Source: an uncultured Actinomycetes bacterium (lineage in GTDB: Bacteria; Actinomycetota; UBA4738; HRBIN12). Taken from it: 64,000 bases of DNA. The notes under the pieces are model-generated. The model saw only the letters and a program-made list of their open reading frames with translations. It had not been told where the DNA came from and ran no database searches. The stretch lies in assembly GCA_963704885.1 (NCBI GenBank), contig CAVPIB010000007.1, forward strand, positions 96,001-160,000, in the 5' to 3' direction. Positions 19,237-29,324 of the stretch are shown here, piece after piece. Position numbers and translations under genes: made by a program. Numbering within the stretch: position 1 is the first letter of the stretch; each line of letters opens with the position of its first letter.

Positions 19237-20853
19237 ATGGCGAACGTCTACGACGCGATCATCATCGGCGGGGGTCACAACGGGCTCACGAGCGGGGCGT
19301 ACTTCGCGCGCGGCGGCGCCCGCACTGTGGTCCTTGAGGCCAGGGGCAAGACCGGCGGCGCTGCCGACACGAGCGCCCCGTTCCCCGATCACCCGGAGAT
19401 CAATGTCACGACGTACTCCTACGTCATGTCGCTGATGCCGCCGACGATCATCCGAGAGCTGAACCTCAAGCAGCACGGCTACGACGTCACGCCTTTCGGC
19501 CCGTACTACCAGGCGTTCCCCGACGGCCGTTCGATCACCGTTTACGCCGACGATGCGAAGAAGAGCTACGACTCGATCGCACAGTTCAGCAAGAAGGACG
19601 CGAACACGCTGCCGAAGTGGGAGGCGTGGTTGAAGGGTGTGGCCGACGTGCTGGGTCCGCTCCTGCTGCAGTCGCCGCCGAAGGTCGGCTCCATGGCGTT
19701 CGGGGATCTGATCGCGAGCGCCCAGTCCGCCTGGAAGATGCGCAAGCTCGGGGTCCGCGGCGTGGCCGACGTGACCCGTCTGTTCACGATGAGCGTCACC
19801 GACCTGCTGGACGACTGGTTCGAGTCGGACGAGATCAAGGGCATGCTCGCGGTGAACGGGGTGATCGGGACGTGGGCCGGACCTGATGAGCCGGGCACCG
19901 CCTATGTGATGCTCCACCACTCGATCGGGGACGTCGGAGACGGTCACCTCGGATCGTGGGGTTTCCAGCAGGGCGGGATGGGCGCGGTCTCCGATTCGAT
20001 CCGCCGCTCGGCAGAGTCGTTCGGCGCCGAGATCCGCACCGACGCCAGGGTGAAGAAGATCCTGGTGCGCGGCGGCCGTGCGGTCGGCGTCACCCTGGAG
20101 AACGGCGACGAGCTCCGCGCCCCCGTCGTGGTGACGTGCATCCATCCGCAGATCGCGTTCCTGGATCTGATCGACCGCCACGAGCTGCCGGCGGACTTCG
20201 TCTGGGACATCGAACGGTGGAAGACCCGGAGCGGCGTGGTCAAGGTCAACGTCGCGCTCTCCGAGCTGCCCGACTTCATCGCCGACCCGGGCAAGAACCA
20301 GCAGGACCATCACACTGGCTCGGTGGAGCTCTGCTTCAGCCCGCAGTACGCGGAGCGTGCGTTCCAGGACGCCCACATCGAGCGGAAGGCCGCCGTGGCA
20401 CCGTTCGTCGACGGAACCATCCCGACCACGCTCGACAAGAAGCTCGCGCCCGAGGGGGTTCACGTCTTCTCGATGTTCAGCCAGTGGGTGCCCGATGACT
20501 GGAACACCGAGCCCCACCGCGACGAGCTGGAGCAGTACGCGGACCGGATCATCGACAAGTACACGGAGCTGGCGCCCAACTTCAAGTCCGCCGTGATCGA
20601 CCGCCAGGTCATAGGGCCCTACGACATGGAGCAGGACCTCGGACTGATGGGAGGCAACATCTTCCACGGCGAGCTCAGCGTGGATCAGCTCTTCCACATG
20701 CGGCCGGCGCCGGGCTACGCCGACTACCGCACGCCTATCAAGGGCCTCTACCACGGGTCGTGCGCCACGCACGGCGGCGGCGGGGTGAACGGCATCCCCG
20801 GCTGGCAGGCGTTCAACATGGCTAAGAAGGACAAGGCCGTCGGCAAGAAGTAG
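19237..20853 (+). CDS. Phytoene-dehydrogenase-like (PYROXD2-like) FAD oxidoreductase
   Basis: YDAIIIGGGHNGL, YSYVMSLM, PGTAYVMLHH, GGMGAVS, GGNIFHGELS, HGGGGVNGIPG. Confidence 0.85.
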   Translation: MANVYDAIIIGGGHNGLTSGAYFARGGARTVVLEARGKTGGAADTSAPFPDHPEINVTTYSYVMSLMPPTIIRELNLKQHGYDVTPFGPYYQAFPDGRSITVYADDAKKSYDSIAQFSKKDANTLPKWEAWLKGVADVLGPLLLQSPPKVGSMAFGDLIASAQSAWKMRKLGVRGVADVTRLFTMSVTDLLDDWFESDEIKGMLAVNGVIGTWAGPDEPGTAYVMLHHSIGDVGDGHLGSWGFQQGGMGAVSDSIRRSAESFGAEIRTDARVKKILVRGGRAVGVTLENGDELRAPVVVTCIHPQIAFLDLIDRHELPADFVWDIERWKTRSGVVKVNVALSELPDFIADPGKNQQDHHTGSVELCFSPQYAERAFQDAHIERKAAVAPFVDGTIPTTLDKKLAPEGVHVFSMFSQWVPDDWNTEPHRDELEQYADRIIDKYTELAPNFKSAVIDRQVIGPYDMEQDLGLMGGNIFHGELSVDQLFHMRPAPGYADYRTPIKGLYHGSCATHGGGGVNGIPGWQAFNMAKKDKAVGKK

Positions 20854-20856
20854 TCG

Positions 20857-22979
20857 GTGACTGAGGCGAGCGACGAACCCGAGGCCCGGATCACGCTCGA
20901 GCGCATGCTCGAGGCGCGCTCGGTCGCCGTCGTCGGCGCCAGCGTCAAGGAGGGCTCGCTCGGCCGCCAGATGATGGTCGAACTTCGCCGCGGAGGCTTC
21001 GACGGCGCCGTGTATCCCGTGAACCCCGGCTACGACGAGGTGCTCGGCGAGCGCTGCTATCCGTCGATCGCGGAGGTTCCCGAGGCTGTGGATCTGGCGA
21101 TCCTCGGCGTCGCGAACCAGCGCGTGGAGCAGGCGCTGCGCGATGCGATGGCGGCAGGCGCCCGGTCGGCGGTCACGTTCTCGTCGCTCTACGAGGAGGC
21201 GCCGCCGGAGCCCGGGATGCCCGGTCTGGCTCGAGCGGATCGCCTCGATCGCGCGTGAGGCGGGTATCCCGCTCTGCGGCGGCAACGGGATGGGGTTCCT
21301 CAACCTCGAGACCGACCTGCGAGCGACCGGGTTCCCCACGCCCGATCACATCCGCAGCGGTCCGGTCGCGTTCATCAGTCATTCGGGTTCCGCGTTCGCG
21401 GCGCTCGCGTTCAACGACCGCGGGATCGGGTTCAACCTCCTCGTGTCGTCGGGCCAGGAACTGGTGACGGATCTGACCGACTACATGGAGTACGCGCTCG
21501 ACCTCGCCTCGACCCGCGTCATCGCGCTCCTCATCGAGACGGTGCGGCGACCCCGAGCCTTCCGGGAGGCTCTTTCAGCGGGCGGTCGATCGAGACATCC
21601 CAGTGGTCGCTCTGAAGGTCGGGCGGACCGAACGTTCCAAGTCGATGGTGACCGCGCACTCGGGTGCACTCGCCGGCGAGGACGGAGCGTACGAGGCCCT
21701 GTTCGACGCGTATGGGGTGATGCGCGTGTCCTCGCTCGACGAGATGGCCGACGTCATGGAGCTGTTCTCGTCTCCGCGTCGCGTCACGACCGGACGTGGC
21801 ATCGCGTCGATCCACGACTCGGGCGGCGAACGTGCGCTCTTCGCAGACCTGGCTGCGGATCTCGCCGTCCCCTTCGCCGACATCTCCGAGGCCACGACGG
21901 CGCGCATCCAGGGAGCACTCGATCCTGGGCTCGAGGCTGCGAACCCCTTGGACGCCTGGGGGACCGGGATCGACGCCGATCGGATCTTCACCGAATGCTT
22001 CCGGGCGTTGCACGACGATCCCGACACCGCGGCGCTGGCCTTCGTCGTGGATCTGACTCGCCAGGGTGAACCGCACGACGAGGGCTACCTGAGGGTCGCG
22101 CGCGACGTTTCTTCTTCTACGACCAAGCCGTTCTGCGTGCTCTCCAACCTCGCGAGCGCCGTTGCGAACGACGAGGCAGGGCTCCTTCGTGACTCGGGCA
22201 TCCCGGTGCTCGAGGGGACCCAGTCCGGCCTCACCGCGCTCCGGCATCTGCTCGCATACCGGGACGCCCGCGCGCGAGCGCCGTTGGAGGCTCCTCCGCC
22301 GGTGCCAGACGATCTGCGCGAGCATTGGGTGAGGCGGTTGGACGCGAAGGACGAACTAAGCGAGCTGGAAGCGTTGGCCATGCTGACCGATTACGGCATC
22401 CTCACGACGACGGCGATGGGGGCTTCGTCCGAGATGGACGCCGTCGCGGCGGCGAACGAGATCGGGTGGCCGGTGGCGCTGAAGACCGCCGCTCCCGGCG
22501 TGCAGCACAAAACCGAAGTCGGAGGGGTCTCACTGGACCTGGCCGATCCCGATGCGGTGCGAGCCGCGTACACCGAGATCGCCGGGCGTCTGGGGCCGCA
22601 CGTCGTGGTCGCAGCGATGGCGCCGGCCGGGGTGGAGCTGGCCCTCGGCGTGGTGCGCGATCCGCAGTTCGGACCGCTAGTGCTTGTCGCGGCCGGGGGA
22701 GTGCTGGTCGAGGTGCTGCACGACCGACGACTGGCGTTCCCTCCCCTGGACGAGCCGCGTGCGCGAGCGTTGGTCGACGGACTAGGCGTCCGTCCGTTGC
22801 TCGAGGGCGTCCGGGGCGCGCCGCCCGCAGACGTCGACGCGCTCGCGCGGGCGATCGCCCGTCTCTCGGTGTTGGCCGCCGACCTGGGTGACCTCCTCGA
22901 GGCGCTTGACGTGAACCCCGTGATCGTCTCGGCCGGAGGATGCGTCGCGGTCGACGCTCTGGTCGTGCCTCGTCGATGA
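20857..22979 (+). CDS. ADP-forming acyl-CoA ligase (CoA-binding + ATP-grasp); frameshifted near 21225 and 21580-21600
   Basis: RSVAVVGAS..YPVNP; GGNGMG, ISHSGS; ALKVGRT..AHSGALAG, SGGE, NPLD, ALKT..HKTEVGGV, LDVNPVIV..AVDAL, spread over three frames. Confidence 0.85.
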
Positions 22980-23020
22980 CGGACGATAGTCTGCGAGCGT
23001 CGTCGTTGGAAGGAGAGCAC

Positions 23021-23326
23021 ATGATCGCCAGGGTGTGGCGCGGAGTTACACGCGCCGAGGACGGCGAGGCGTACGCCTCCTATATGGGCGGCACGGGCGG
23101 GAGAGCGCTCCTGGCCACTCCGGGCAATCGAGGCATCTACATGCTCCGACGCATCAAGGAGGAGAGAGCGGAGTTCGTGATGATCTCGCTGTGGGAGTCC
23201 GAGGAGGCGATCCGCGGCTTCGCGGGCGACGATATCGGTGTCGCGGTGTTCTACCCCGAGGATGAGCAGTACCTCGTGGAGCGCGAGCTCACCGTTTCCC
23301 ACTACGAGGTGATCGAAGACTTCTAG
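23021..23326 (+). CDS. ABM-like (dimeric alpha-beta barrel) small protein
   Basis: MIARVWRG..TPGNRG..SLWESEEAIRGFAGDD..AVFYPED..HYEV; RBS AGGAG. Confidence 0.75.
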   Translation: MIARVWRGVTRAEDGEAYASYMGGTGGRALLATPGNRGIYMLRRIKEERAEFVMISLWESEEAIRGFAGDDIGVAVFYPEDEQYLVERELTVSHYEVIEDF

Positions 23327-23344
23327 TCTGAGTCAGACTAGAAG
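23320..23344. repeat. Perfect 12-bp inverted repeat containing both stop codons of a convergent gene pair; copy 1 of CTAGTCTG-AGW-CAGACTAG
   Basis: cttctagtctga-g-tcagactagaag. Confidence 0.8.
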
Positions 23345-24747
23345 GGATCCTCTGCGGGCACGGTTCCCTCCGGCCAGCCTGGATACTCGTCGGGGTACTC
23401 GAAGGCGTCGCCGAACGTCTGGGCTCGGTCGGTGCTGACTACCGGCGCGCGTGGTCCGGCGGCGAAATCGAACACGTGCTCGAAGTTGTGGGTGTTCGCG
23501 ATCCGGGGCGTGAGGTAGTCCAGTCCCCAGTTGTCCGAGATGAACCGCAGCGGGGTCGAGAACTCGCCCACCTCGTCATCGATCAGGCCACGCCGGGCGT
23601 ACGGCGAGATAGTGAGCAGCGGGACCCGGAACCCCAGGCCGGTCTCGTCCAGCACGGGCGGCATGACGCTGTCGTAGAACCCGCCCCATTCGTCCCAGGT
23701 GATGAAGATCGCGGTGTGCTCCCACATGTCGCTCCTCATCACCGCGTTCACAACGTCCGTCAGCCAGTTGTGCGCGAACGCCGAGCTGGCCGGCGGGTGA
23801 TCGGAGAGCGCGAAGTGCGGCGTAACCCAAGTGACGGCCGGCAGCTCGTCCGCCTCGATGTCGTGCACCAGCCGGTCCACCGAGTTCGCGGCGTGCTCTT
23901 GCCACAGATCCGTGTGGAAGACGCCCTCGATCCCGTTGTACGCGTTCCAGAAGTACCCCACCTGACCGGGGACCGACGCGTAGTATCGCCAATCCACGCC
24001 GATCTCCGTGAGCTGTTCGCCCACCGTCTTGAACCGGAAGCACGTGTTGTGTTTCGTGAGGTTCCCCTGGTCGTCCTTGACCAGGACGAAGACGTCGTCG
24101 CCGATCGCGTCGCATCCCCAGCTCTTGAACCTGTAGTCGTTCGGTCCTAGCTCGACCTCGATGTTCTCGGGGTTGTCGATCACGCCGCCCGACTGCCCGG
24201 CGACGAAGAAGAAGTGGTTCGGGTAGGACGGTCCCAGTGCCGAGGCGAAGAAGTTGTCGGAGAGTGCGTACTCCTTGGCCCAGGACCAGTAGTTGGGGAG
24301 CTGTCCCTCCTGGAACTGCGAGTAGGACCACGGATCGCCGTACACACCCCCCGCGAATCCGTCCAGCTTGCCGTCGTTCAAGCAGTTCAGCGCCGCCGCT
24401 CGATCGTGGGGCAGGTCGCCTGGCAGCCAGTCGGGGCATCGGATGAGCTTCGTCTCCTCGCCCCATTTGACGCCCGTCGTGGTGCCGTTCACGCCTGGGA
24501 AGCGGCCGAAGAGATTGTCGAAGCTCCGGTTCTCCATCATCACGTAGAGCACGCGCTTGATCGGCCAGCGTGTGTCGATCCCGGTAGTTGCCGGTGACAC
24601 GCGGGGGATGACCTTCCCTCCGGTGCAGCTAAACAGCACGCCGCCGGCCACGGCCATAGCGGAGCCCTGCAGGAACTTCCGGCGGCTGACGGGGAGGGGG
24701 TGGGCGTCGCCACGCTCCTCGTGGTTGGGGTGGACTCGGTCGGGCAT
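23338..24747 (-). CDS. Phospholipase C/acid-phosphatase-type phosphoesterase, predicted Tat lipoprotein
   Basis: SRRKFL Tat motif, LFSC lipobox, ENRSFDN, DNFF..GPSYPNH, SDHP, TWDEWGGFYD, GFRVP..ISPYA. Confidence 0.87.
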   Translation of the reverse strand: MPDRVHPNHEERGDAHPLPVSRRKFLQGSAMAVAGGVLFSCTGGKVIPRVSPATTGIDTRWPIKRVLYVMMENRSFDNLFGRFPGVNGTTTGVKWGEETKLIRCPDWLPGDLPHDRAAALNCLNDGKLDGFAGGVYGDPWSYSQFQEGQLPNYWSWAKEYALSDNFFASALGPSYPNHFFFVAGQSGGVIDNPENIEVELGPNDYRFKSWGCDAIGDDVFVLVKDDQGNLTKHNTCFRFKTVGEQLTEIGVDWRYYASVPGQVGYFWNAYNGIEGVFHTDLWQEHAANSVDRLVHDIEADELPAVTWVTPHFALSDHPPASSAFAHNWLTDVVNAVMRSDMWEHTAIFITWDEWGGFYDSVMPPVLDETGLGFRVPLLTISPYARRGLIDDEVGEFSTPLRFISDNWGLDYLTPRIANTHNFEHVFDFAAGPRAPVVSTDRAQTFGDAFEYPDEYPGWPEGTVPAEDPF

Positions 24748-24819
24748 GCCCTCCAGTTCTATCAGGGAACCGGGCCATCGGTATCCTCGACGGGTCTAGG
24801 TCGGTTCGGAGGTCGTCGG

Positions 24820-25486
24820 TTGCGTAGGTTCTCGCGGTTCGTGCTGGCCTTGGCTGCGATCGGCGTGGCCCTGGCCGGCTGCGACTCGGATCGGCCTCCA
24901 GCGGAGAGCGCCACGCCCACGGTCTCGGCTCCGATAACACCCGCGTCCCCGACCGCATCTCCCACGCCGCCCGCTACACCGGCGAGCCCGCCGCCCACCA
25001 GAGGCGTCGCCTCGGCGGAGTGCGTAGAGGGGTGGGTCACCCCCCCGGCCGGAACCCCAAGATCAACCGAGCCTCTCGGCGTGATCCGTCGGACGACCGG
25101 TGTGAAGGGCCCGCTGGTGGTGGTCGACATGCGCTACTTCACCGGTCCGGATTCGCCCCCGTCGGATCAGCTCTACCTCCTCTTGGTCGAGCGCTGGTAC
25201 ATCAAGCTGCTACGCGCAGGAAGACCTCGCATTCCAGGGCCGGTTCCTGGTGGAGGCTCGCCGATTCGGTCGCGGCCTCGCGGCCGTTGCGCCCTACGAC
25301 TCGAGCGGGTTCGCCTCGCCCGACTGGATCGGGTTCCAGTTCGACAGTGCCAACACCGGTCGCAAGAGCTATCCGGGCATCCCGGGAGGCTGGTCCGGGA
25401 TCCCGTACGACTTCGTCCGGGGTGGTGAGGGACTCAAGATTCCGGGGCTGCCGGACGAAGTTAAAGGGTGCCTGGAGGGGACGTAG
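24820..25486 (+). CDS. Hypothetical lipoprotein with Pro/Thr linker; frameshifted near 25210
   Basis: GGAGG RBS, TTG start, RRFSRFVLALAAIGVALAGC lipobox; continues in another frame as RFLVEARRFG..KGCLEGT*. Confidence 0.6.
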
Positions 25487-25490
25487 CGCT

Positions 25491-25859
25491 ATGGGTATCT
25501 ACCAGAGTTCAGGCCACACTCGGAACCCGCTCGGCGTCGTTTCGGTGACCGTCGGTGCCGTCGGCGCGTTCATCTCCGCCGTGCTTTGGGCCTACCAGTA
25601 CGACCCGGGCGGTCCGTTCGTGCGCTCGATCGCGTCGAAGCTCGGGCCTGGCCTTGCGCTCGGCGACGGGATGGTGCTCCTGGCGGCGATCTGCGGAGGT
25701 CTGGCGATCGCGATGGCGATCGCGGGATCGGTGGGCGGCAGCACGAAAGGATCGTCCGCCATCGCGATCGTCTTCGGCGCCATCGCCCTCAGCTACCCGG
25801 TGCTCGGTTGGCTGAAGGTTCTCTCGCGACCCGTGCTACACCGGTTGCAGACGGGCTGA
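25491..25859 (+). CDS. Hypothetical membrane protein (about 3 TM)
   Basis: Hydrophobic segments with GxxxG; RBS GGAGG. Confidence 0.6.
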   Translation: MGIYQSSGHTRNPLGVVSVTVGAVGAFISAVLWAYQYDPGGPFVRSIASKLGPGLALGDGMVLLAAICGGLAIAMAIAGSVGGSTKGSSAIAIVFGAIALSYPVLGWLKVLSRPVLHRLQTG

Positions 25860-27041
25860 TCAAGGCTCGGACGGCCACGACGTGTAGGCGCCCACGCCGC
25901 GCTTCGATAGCTCGTTCGTGATGACCAGTCGCTGGATCTCTGACGTTCCCTCCCAGATCCGATCCACGCGGAGCTCCCGCCAGAGCCGCTCCACCGGCTG
26001 CTCACGCATGTAGCCGCGGCCGCCGTGGATCTGCACCGCCTCGTCGATAACACGCCCGGCCGTCTCGCTACAAACGAGCTTCACCGCGGAGGCTTGTGCA
26101 TGGAGCTCCTTCCGGCCGGTCCCGCCGCGGGCCGCCATCCAACACACCCGATAGAGCATGGATGTGGCGGCCATGAGCTCGGCGGCCATGTCGGCCAGCA
26201 TGAAGCCGATCGCCTGGAACCCGATGATCGGTTGGCCGAACTGCTCTCGTCCCTTCGCGAACGCGAGCGACAGCTCGAGCGCGCGCGCGGACGCGCCCAT
26301 CGTCCGCGCGCCGATCATCAGCCGCTCCTCCACGAACCAGTCTTTCGTCAGCTCGTACCCCTCACCGACCTCGCCCAGCACGGAGTCGCCGTCAAGTAGT
26401 ACGTCGTCGAACGCGAAGATCGGGTGTTCGAACACGAAGGTGTGCGTGTACTTGGGTGTGCGGACGAGGCGAACGCCCGGCAGGTCCTTGTCGACGAGGA
26501 ACACGGTGGGTTTCGCTGGATCGCCGTCGACGTGCGCGTGCACCAGGAAGAAGTCGGCGACGTCGCCGGAGGTTACGTGCCACTTCTCCCCGGTGAGCAC
26601 CCAACCGTCCCCGTCGCGCCGGGCGCTCGTTCGGACCATCGATGGGTCCGAGCCCGCCTCCTCCTCCGTGATGGCGTAGGCATCGCGCCGTTCGCCGCGC
26701 GCCGCGGGCCGGAGGTAGCGTTCCTTCTGGCCTTCGGTGCCCCGGGCGAGCGGTATAGATGGGCGCCACGGGATGTCCCACAACGCCCCCGTCGCCCGAC
26801 CCCACTGCTCCTCCACCAGCATCTGTTGGAAGGTGTCGAGGCCCTGGCCGCCGTCCTTCCGGGAGTGGTTGATCGCGTTGAACCGCTCGTCCAGCACGGC
26901 CTGCTTCGCGGCCGCGTGGCTCTGCGGCGAGAGTCCGTCGTTGGCCTCGCACTCGTCCTCGAGCGGGATCAGGACCAGTTCGGTGAACGCGCGGGCTCGT
27001 TCCTGTAGCTCGCGGTCCTCTAGGGAAAGGCGCATGTCCAC
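25860..27041 (-). CDS. Acyl-CoA dehydrogenase family protein
   Basis: YAITEEEAGSD, GEKWHVTS, REQFGQPI, QIHGGRGYM, RIWEGTSEIQR; start GTG 27041 or ATG 27035. Confidence 0.92.
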   Translation of the reverse strand: MDMRLSLEDRELQERARAFTELVLIPLEDECEANDGLSPQSHAAAKQAVLDERFNAINHSRKDGGQGLDTFQQMLVEEQWGRATGALWDIPWRPSIPLARGTEGQKERYLRPAARGERRDAYAITEEEAGSDPSMVRTSARRDGDGWVLTGEKWHVTSGDVADFFLVHAHVDGDPAKPTVFLVDKDLPGVRLVRTPKYTHTFVFEHPIFAFDDVLLDGDSVLGEVGEGYELTKDWFVEERLMIGARTMGASARALELSLAFAKGREQFGQPIIGFQAIGFMLADMAAELMAATSMLYRVCWMAARGGTGRKELHAQASAVKLVCSETAGRVIDEAVQIHGGRGYMREQPVERLWRELRVDRIWEGTSEIQRLVITNELSKRGVGAYTSWPSEP

Positions 27042-27137
27042 GGGTCGGCGCTCCTCGTCTTGGGGGTTGCCTCTGGAGTGTAGGAGGACGCCTCGGGTAG
27101 GCGTGAGTCGGGTCAACGTTAGGTAGGCTCCGCCGCG

Positions 27138-28529
27138 ATGACGCTCGAGGAGCTAGCCGGCGCGGTCCGGGAGGGCACGGTCTCGTCCGTGGAGTTGGTG
27201 ACCATGTCGCTCGAACGCATCGAGCGGCTGGATCCCTCGCTGAACGCTGTGATCTTGGTCTGCGCGGACGCGGCGCTCGCACAGGCGCGCGAGGTCGACG
27301 CCCGGGTCGCCCGAGGCGAAGACCCAGGTCCGCTCGCCGGCCTGCCGCTCCTGGTGAAGGACATGGAGGACGTGACCGGGCTTCCGTCGACCTTTGGCTC
27401 CGCGGTGTTCGCCGACGCGCCGCCGGCAACGAGAGACGCGCTCGTTCCACGCCGGCTCCGCGAGGCCGGCGCGATCGTCGTTGGCAAGACGAACCAGCCG
27501 GAGTTCGCCTTCGCCGGTTACACGACGAACATGCCCTACGGCACCACGGTGAACCCCTGGGGTACGGACTGGTCGCCGGGAGGGTCGAGCGGCGGATCCG
27601 GTGCGGCGCTCGCATCCGGCATGGCGGCGATCGCCACCGCTACCGACGGCGGCGGTTCGATCAGGATCCCGGCCGCGTTCTGCGGACTGGCCGGCTTGAA
27701 GCCGACCAACGGCGTGATCGGCCGCGACCCGATCCCCGATTGGATCGACCTGTCGACATGCGGACCGCTGGCCACGTCGATCGCCGATCTGCGTCTGCTG
27801 CTCTCGGTTGAGGCCGGACCCGTGGATGGTGATCCATCGGCCTTGCCGGTGGCTCTGGCGATGCGCGGCGGACTGCCCGTTCGTGCGCTCTCGGCGCCCC
27901 GCTTCGAGGACTTCGGGCCGCTGCCCGAAGACGTCGCCCGCCGCTTCGATGAGGCTCTGGTGAGTATCGAGCGGGATCTGGGCCTTCCGATCGAAACGCT
28001 TGACCCCGGCGAGATCTTCTCGGTCGACGAGGTCGGCAGGGATTGGTTCATCACGTGCGCGTTCGAGCATCTCCACGTGCTGGGGCGTGGGTTCGTCGAG
28101 GCCAACTTGGAACGGTTCTCGCCGGACTTCCGGGCGGTCATGACCGCGGCGCTCAAGATCTCGGCCGATGAGTACATGGCCGTGCGCCGCCGCCGGTTCG
28201 ACATGGTGCGCGACCTCGACCTGCTGCTCGGCGATGACGCCGTCTTCCTGATGCCCACCATGTGCGTGGCGGGACTGTTCCCGGACGGCCGCGCACCGGA
28301 CGGTGACCGCCCGTCAGACAGCTCGATCTACAACACCGATCCGCAGAACCAGACGGGTCACCCCGCGCTCTCCGTCCCTGCGGGCGTCTGTGACAACGGG
28401 ATCCCGTTCGGCCTGCAGATCACGGGGCCGCGGTTCCGCGACGACATGGTGTTGAACGTCGGCGCCGCCTGGGAGGCCGAGAACCCGTGGCCGCTCGTGG
28501 CGCCCGGCTACCAGCCGTTCGCCATCTAG
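27138..28529 (+). CDS. Amidase-signature family amidase
   Basis: GLPLLVKD, GKTNQPEF, PGGSSGGSGAA, TDGGGSIRIPA. Confidence 0.92.
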   Translation: MTLEELAGAVREGTVSSVELVTMSLERIERLDPSLNAVILVCADAALAQAREVDARVARGEDPGPLAGLPLLVKDMEDVTGLPSTFGSAVFADAPPATRDALVPRRLREAGAIVVGKTNQPEFAFAGYTTNMPYGTTVNPWGTDWSPGGSSGGSGAALASGMAAIATATDGGGSIRIPAAFCGLAGLKPTNGVIGRDPIPDWIDLSTCGPLATSIADLRLLLSVEAGPVDGDPSALPVALAMRGGLPVRALSAPRFEDFGPLPEDVARRFDEALVSIERDLGLPIETLDPGEIFSVDEVGRDWFITCAFEHLHVLGRGFVEANLERFSPDFRAVMTAALKISADEYMAVRRRRFDMVRDLDLLLGDDAVFLMPTMCVAGLFPDGRAPDGDRPSDSSIYNTDPQNQTGHPALSVPAGVCDNGIPFGLQITGPRFRDDMVLNVGAAWEAENPWPLVAPGYQPFAI

Positions 28530-29324
28530 TCAGGTCGTCAGATCGCGTCGCTCGAACGCGAAGAGCGCCAACCCAAGACCGCCCGCCGCGATCAGCACCA
28601 GGACGAGGACATGGACAGGGTCGAGTCCGTTCTTCAAGGGGTCATTCTCCATGTAGTAGTAGAAGGGCGAGAGCGTGCGCAGCGAGCGGATGGCATCGAC
28701 CGAGGGCGCGAACACGTTGAGCAGGTAGGTGGCGACCGCGACGGACGTCGCCACCCCTATGGCGAGACCACGCTTCCCGCGCCAGCAACCGATCGCCAGC
28801 GCGGCCGCCCCGAAGCCGACCGCCAGCAGGACCGCCGAGAGCACGGCTCCCGCCAACTTCGCCACGCTCACGTGTAAGCCGAAGACAGGTCCGAACGCGA
28901 TGATGGCCGTCCACAGCACCACGCCCACCCCGACGGTCGCCGCCACCATCGCCCAGAACTTCTCGAGCAGTACCCGTCGCCGCGCGATCGGGTTGGCCAG
29001 CAGGAGGTCGAGCGTGCCGGCCTCCTCCTCGCCCGCGATCGCACGCGCGCCTGCGCCGATCGCGAGGATCAGGAGCAGCAGCGGTCCCATGATGCTGAAG
29101 ACCTCGCCCTTGAGGTAGCCCGCCGGGGTTGAGAACTCGCCGGCACTCCCAACGATGTTGCGTAGGGCCTCAGGCAGCGTATCGAGGTACTCGGTCAGCT
29201 GGGAGGCGTTGGCCTTGATGCTCGGATAGAAGGACGCGTACAGCAGCACGAGGGCGGCCATCCCCACCGCCCATCCGATCAACGCCCTGCGTTGATCGCG
29301 GATCGTCTTGGTGAACACGATCAC
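28530..29324 (-). CDS. ABC-2 type exporter permease
   Basis: IAGEEEAGTLDLLLANPIAR, SPFYYY, six TM segments. Confidence 0.88.
   Translation of the reverse strand: MIVFTKTIRDQRRALIGWAVGMAALVLLYASFYPSIKANASQLTEYLDTLPEALRNIVGSAGEFSTPAGYLKGEVFSIMGPLLLLILAIGAGARAIAGEEEAGTLDLLLANPIARRRVLLEKFWAMVAATVGVGVVLWTAIIAFGPVFGLHVSVAKLAGAVLSAVLLAVGFGAAALAIGCWRGKRGLAIGVATSVAVATYLLNVFAPSVDAIRSLRTLSPFYYYMENDPLKNGLDPVHVLVLVLIAAGGLGLALFAFERRDLTT

Noticed and set aside
19066-21339. Long antisense ORFs (757 aa here; also 52875-54293 and others)
   Set aside because: Expected opposite well-supported genes with high third-position GC; no independent coding signal
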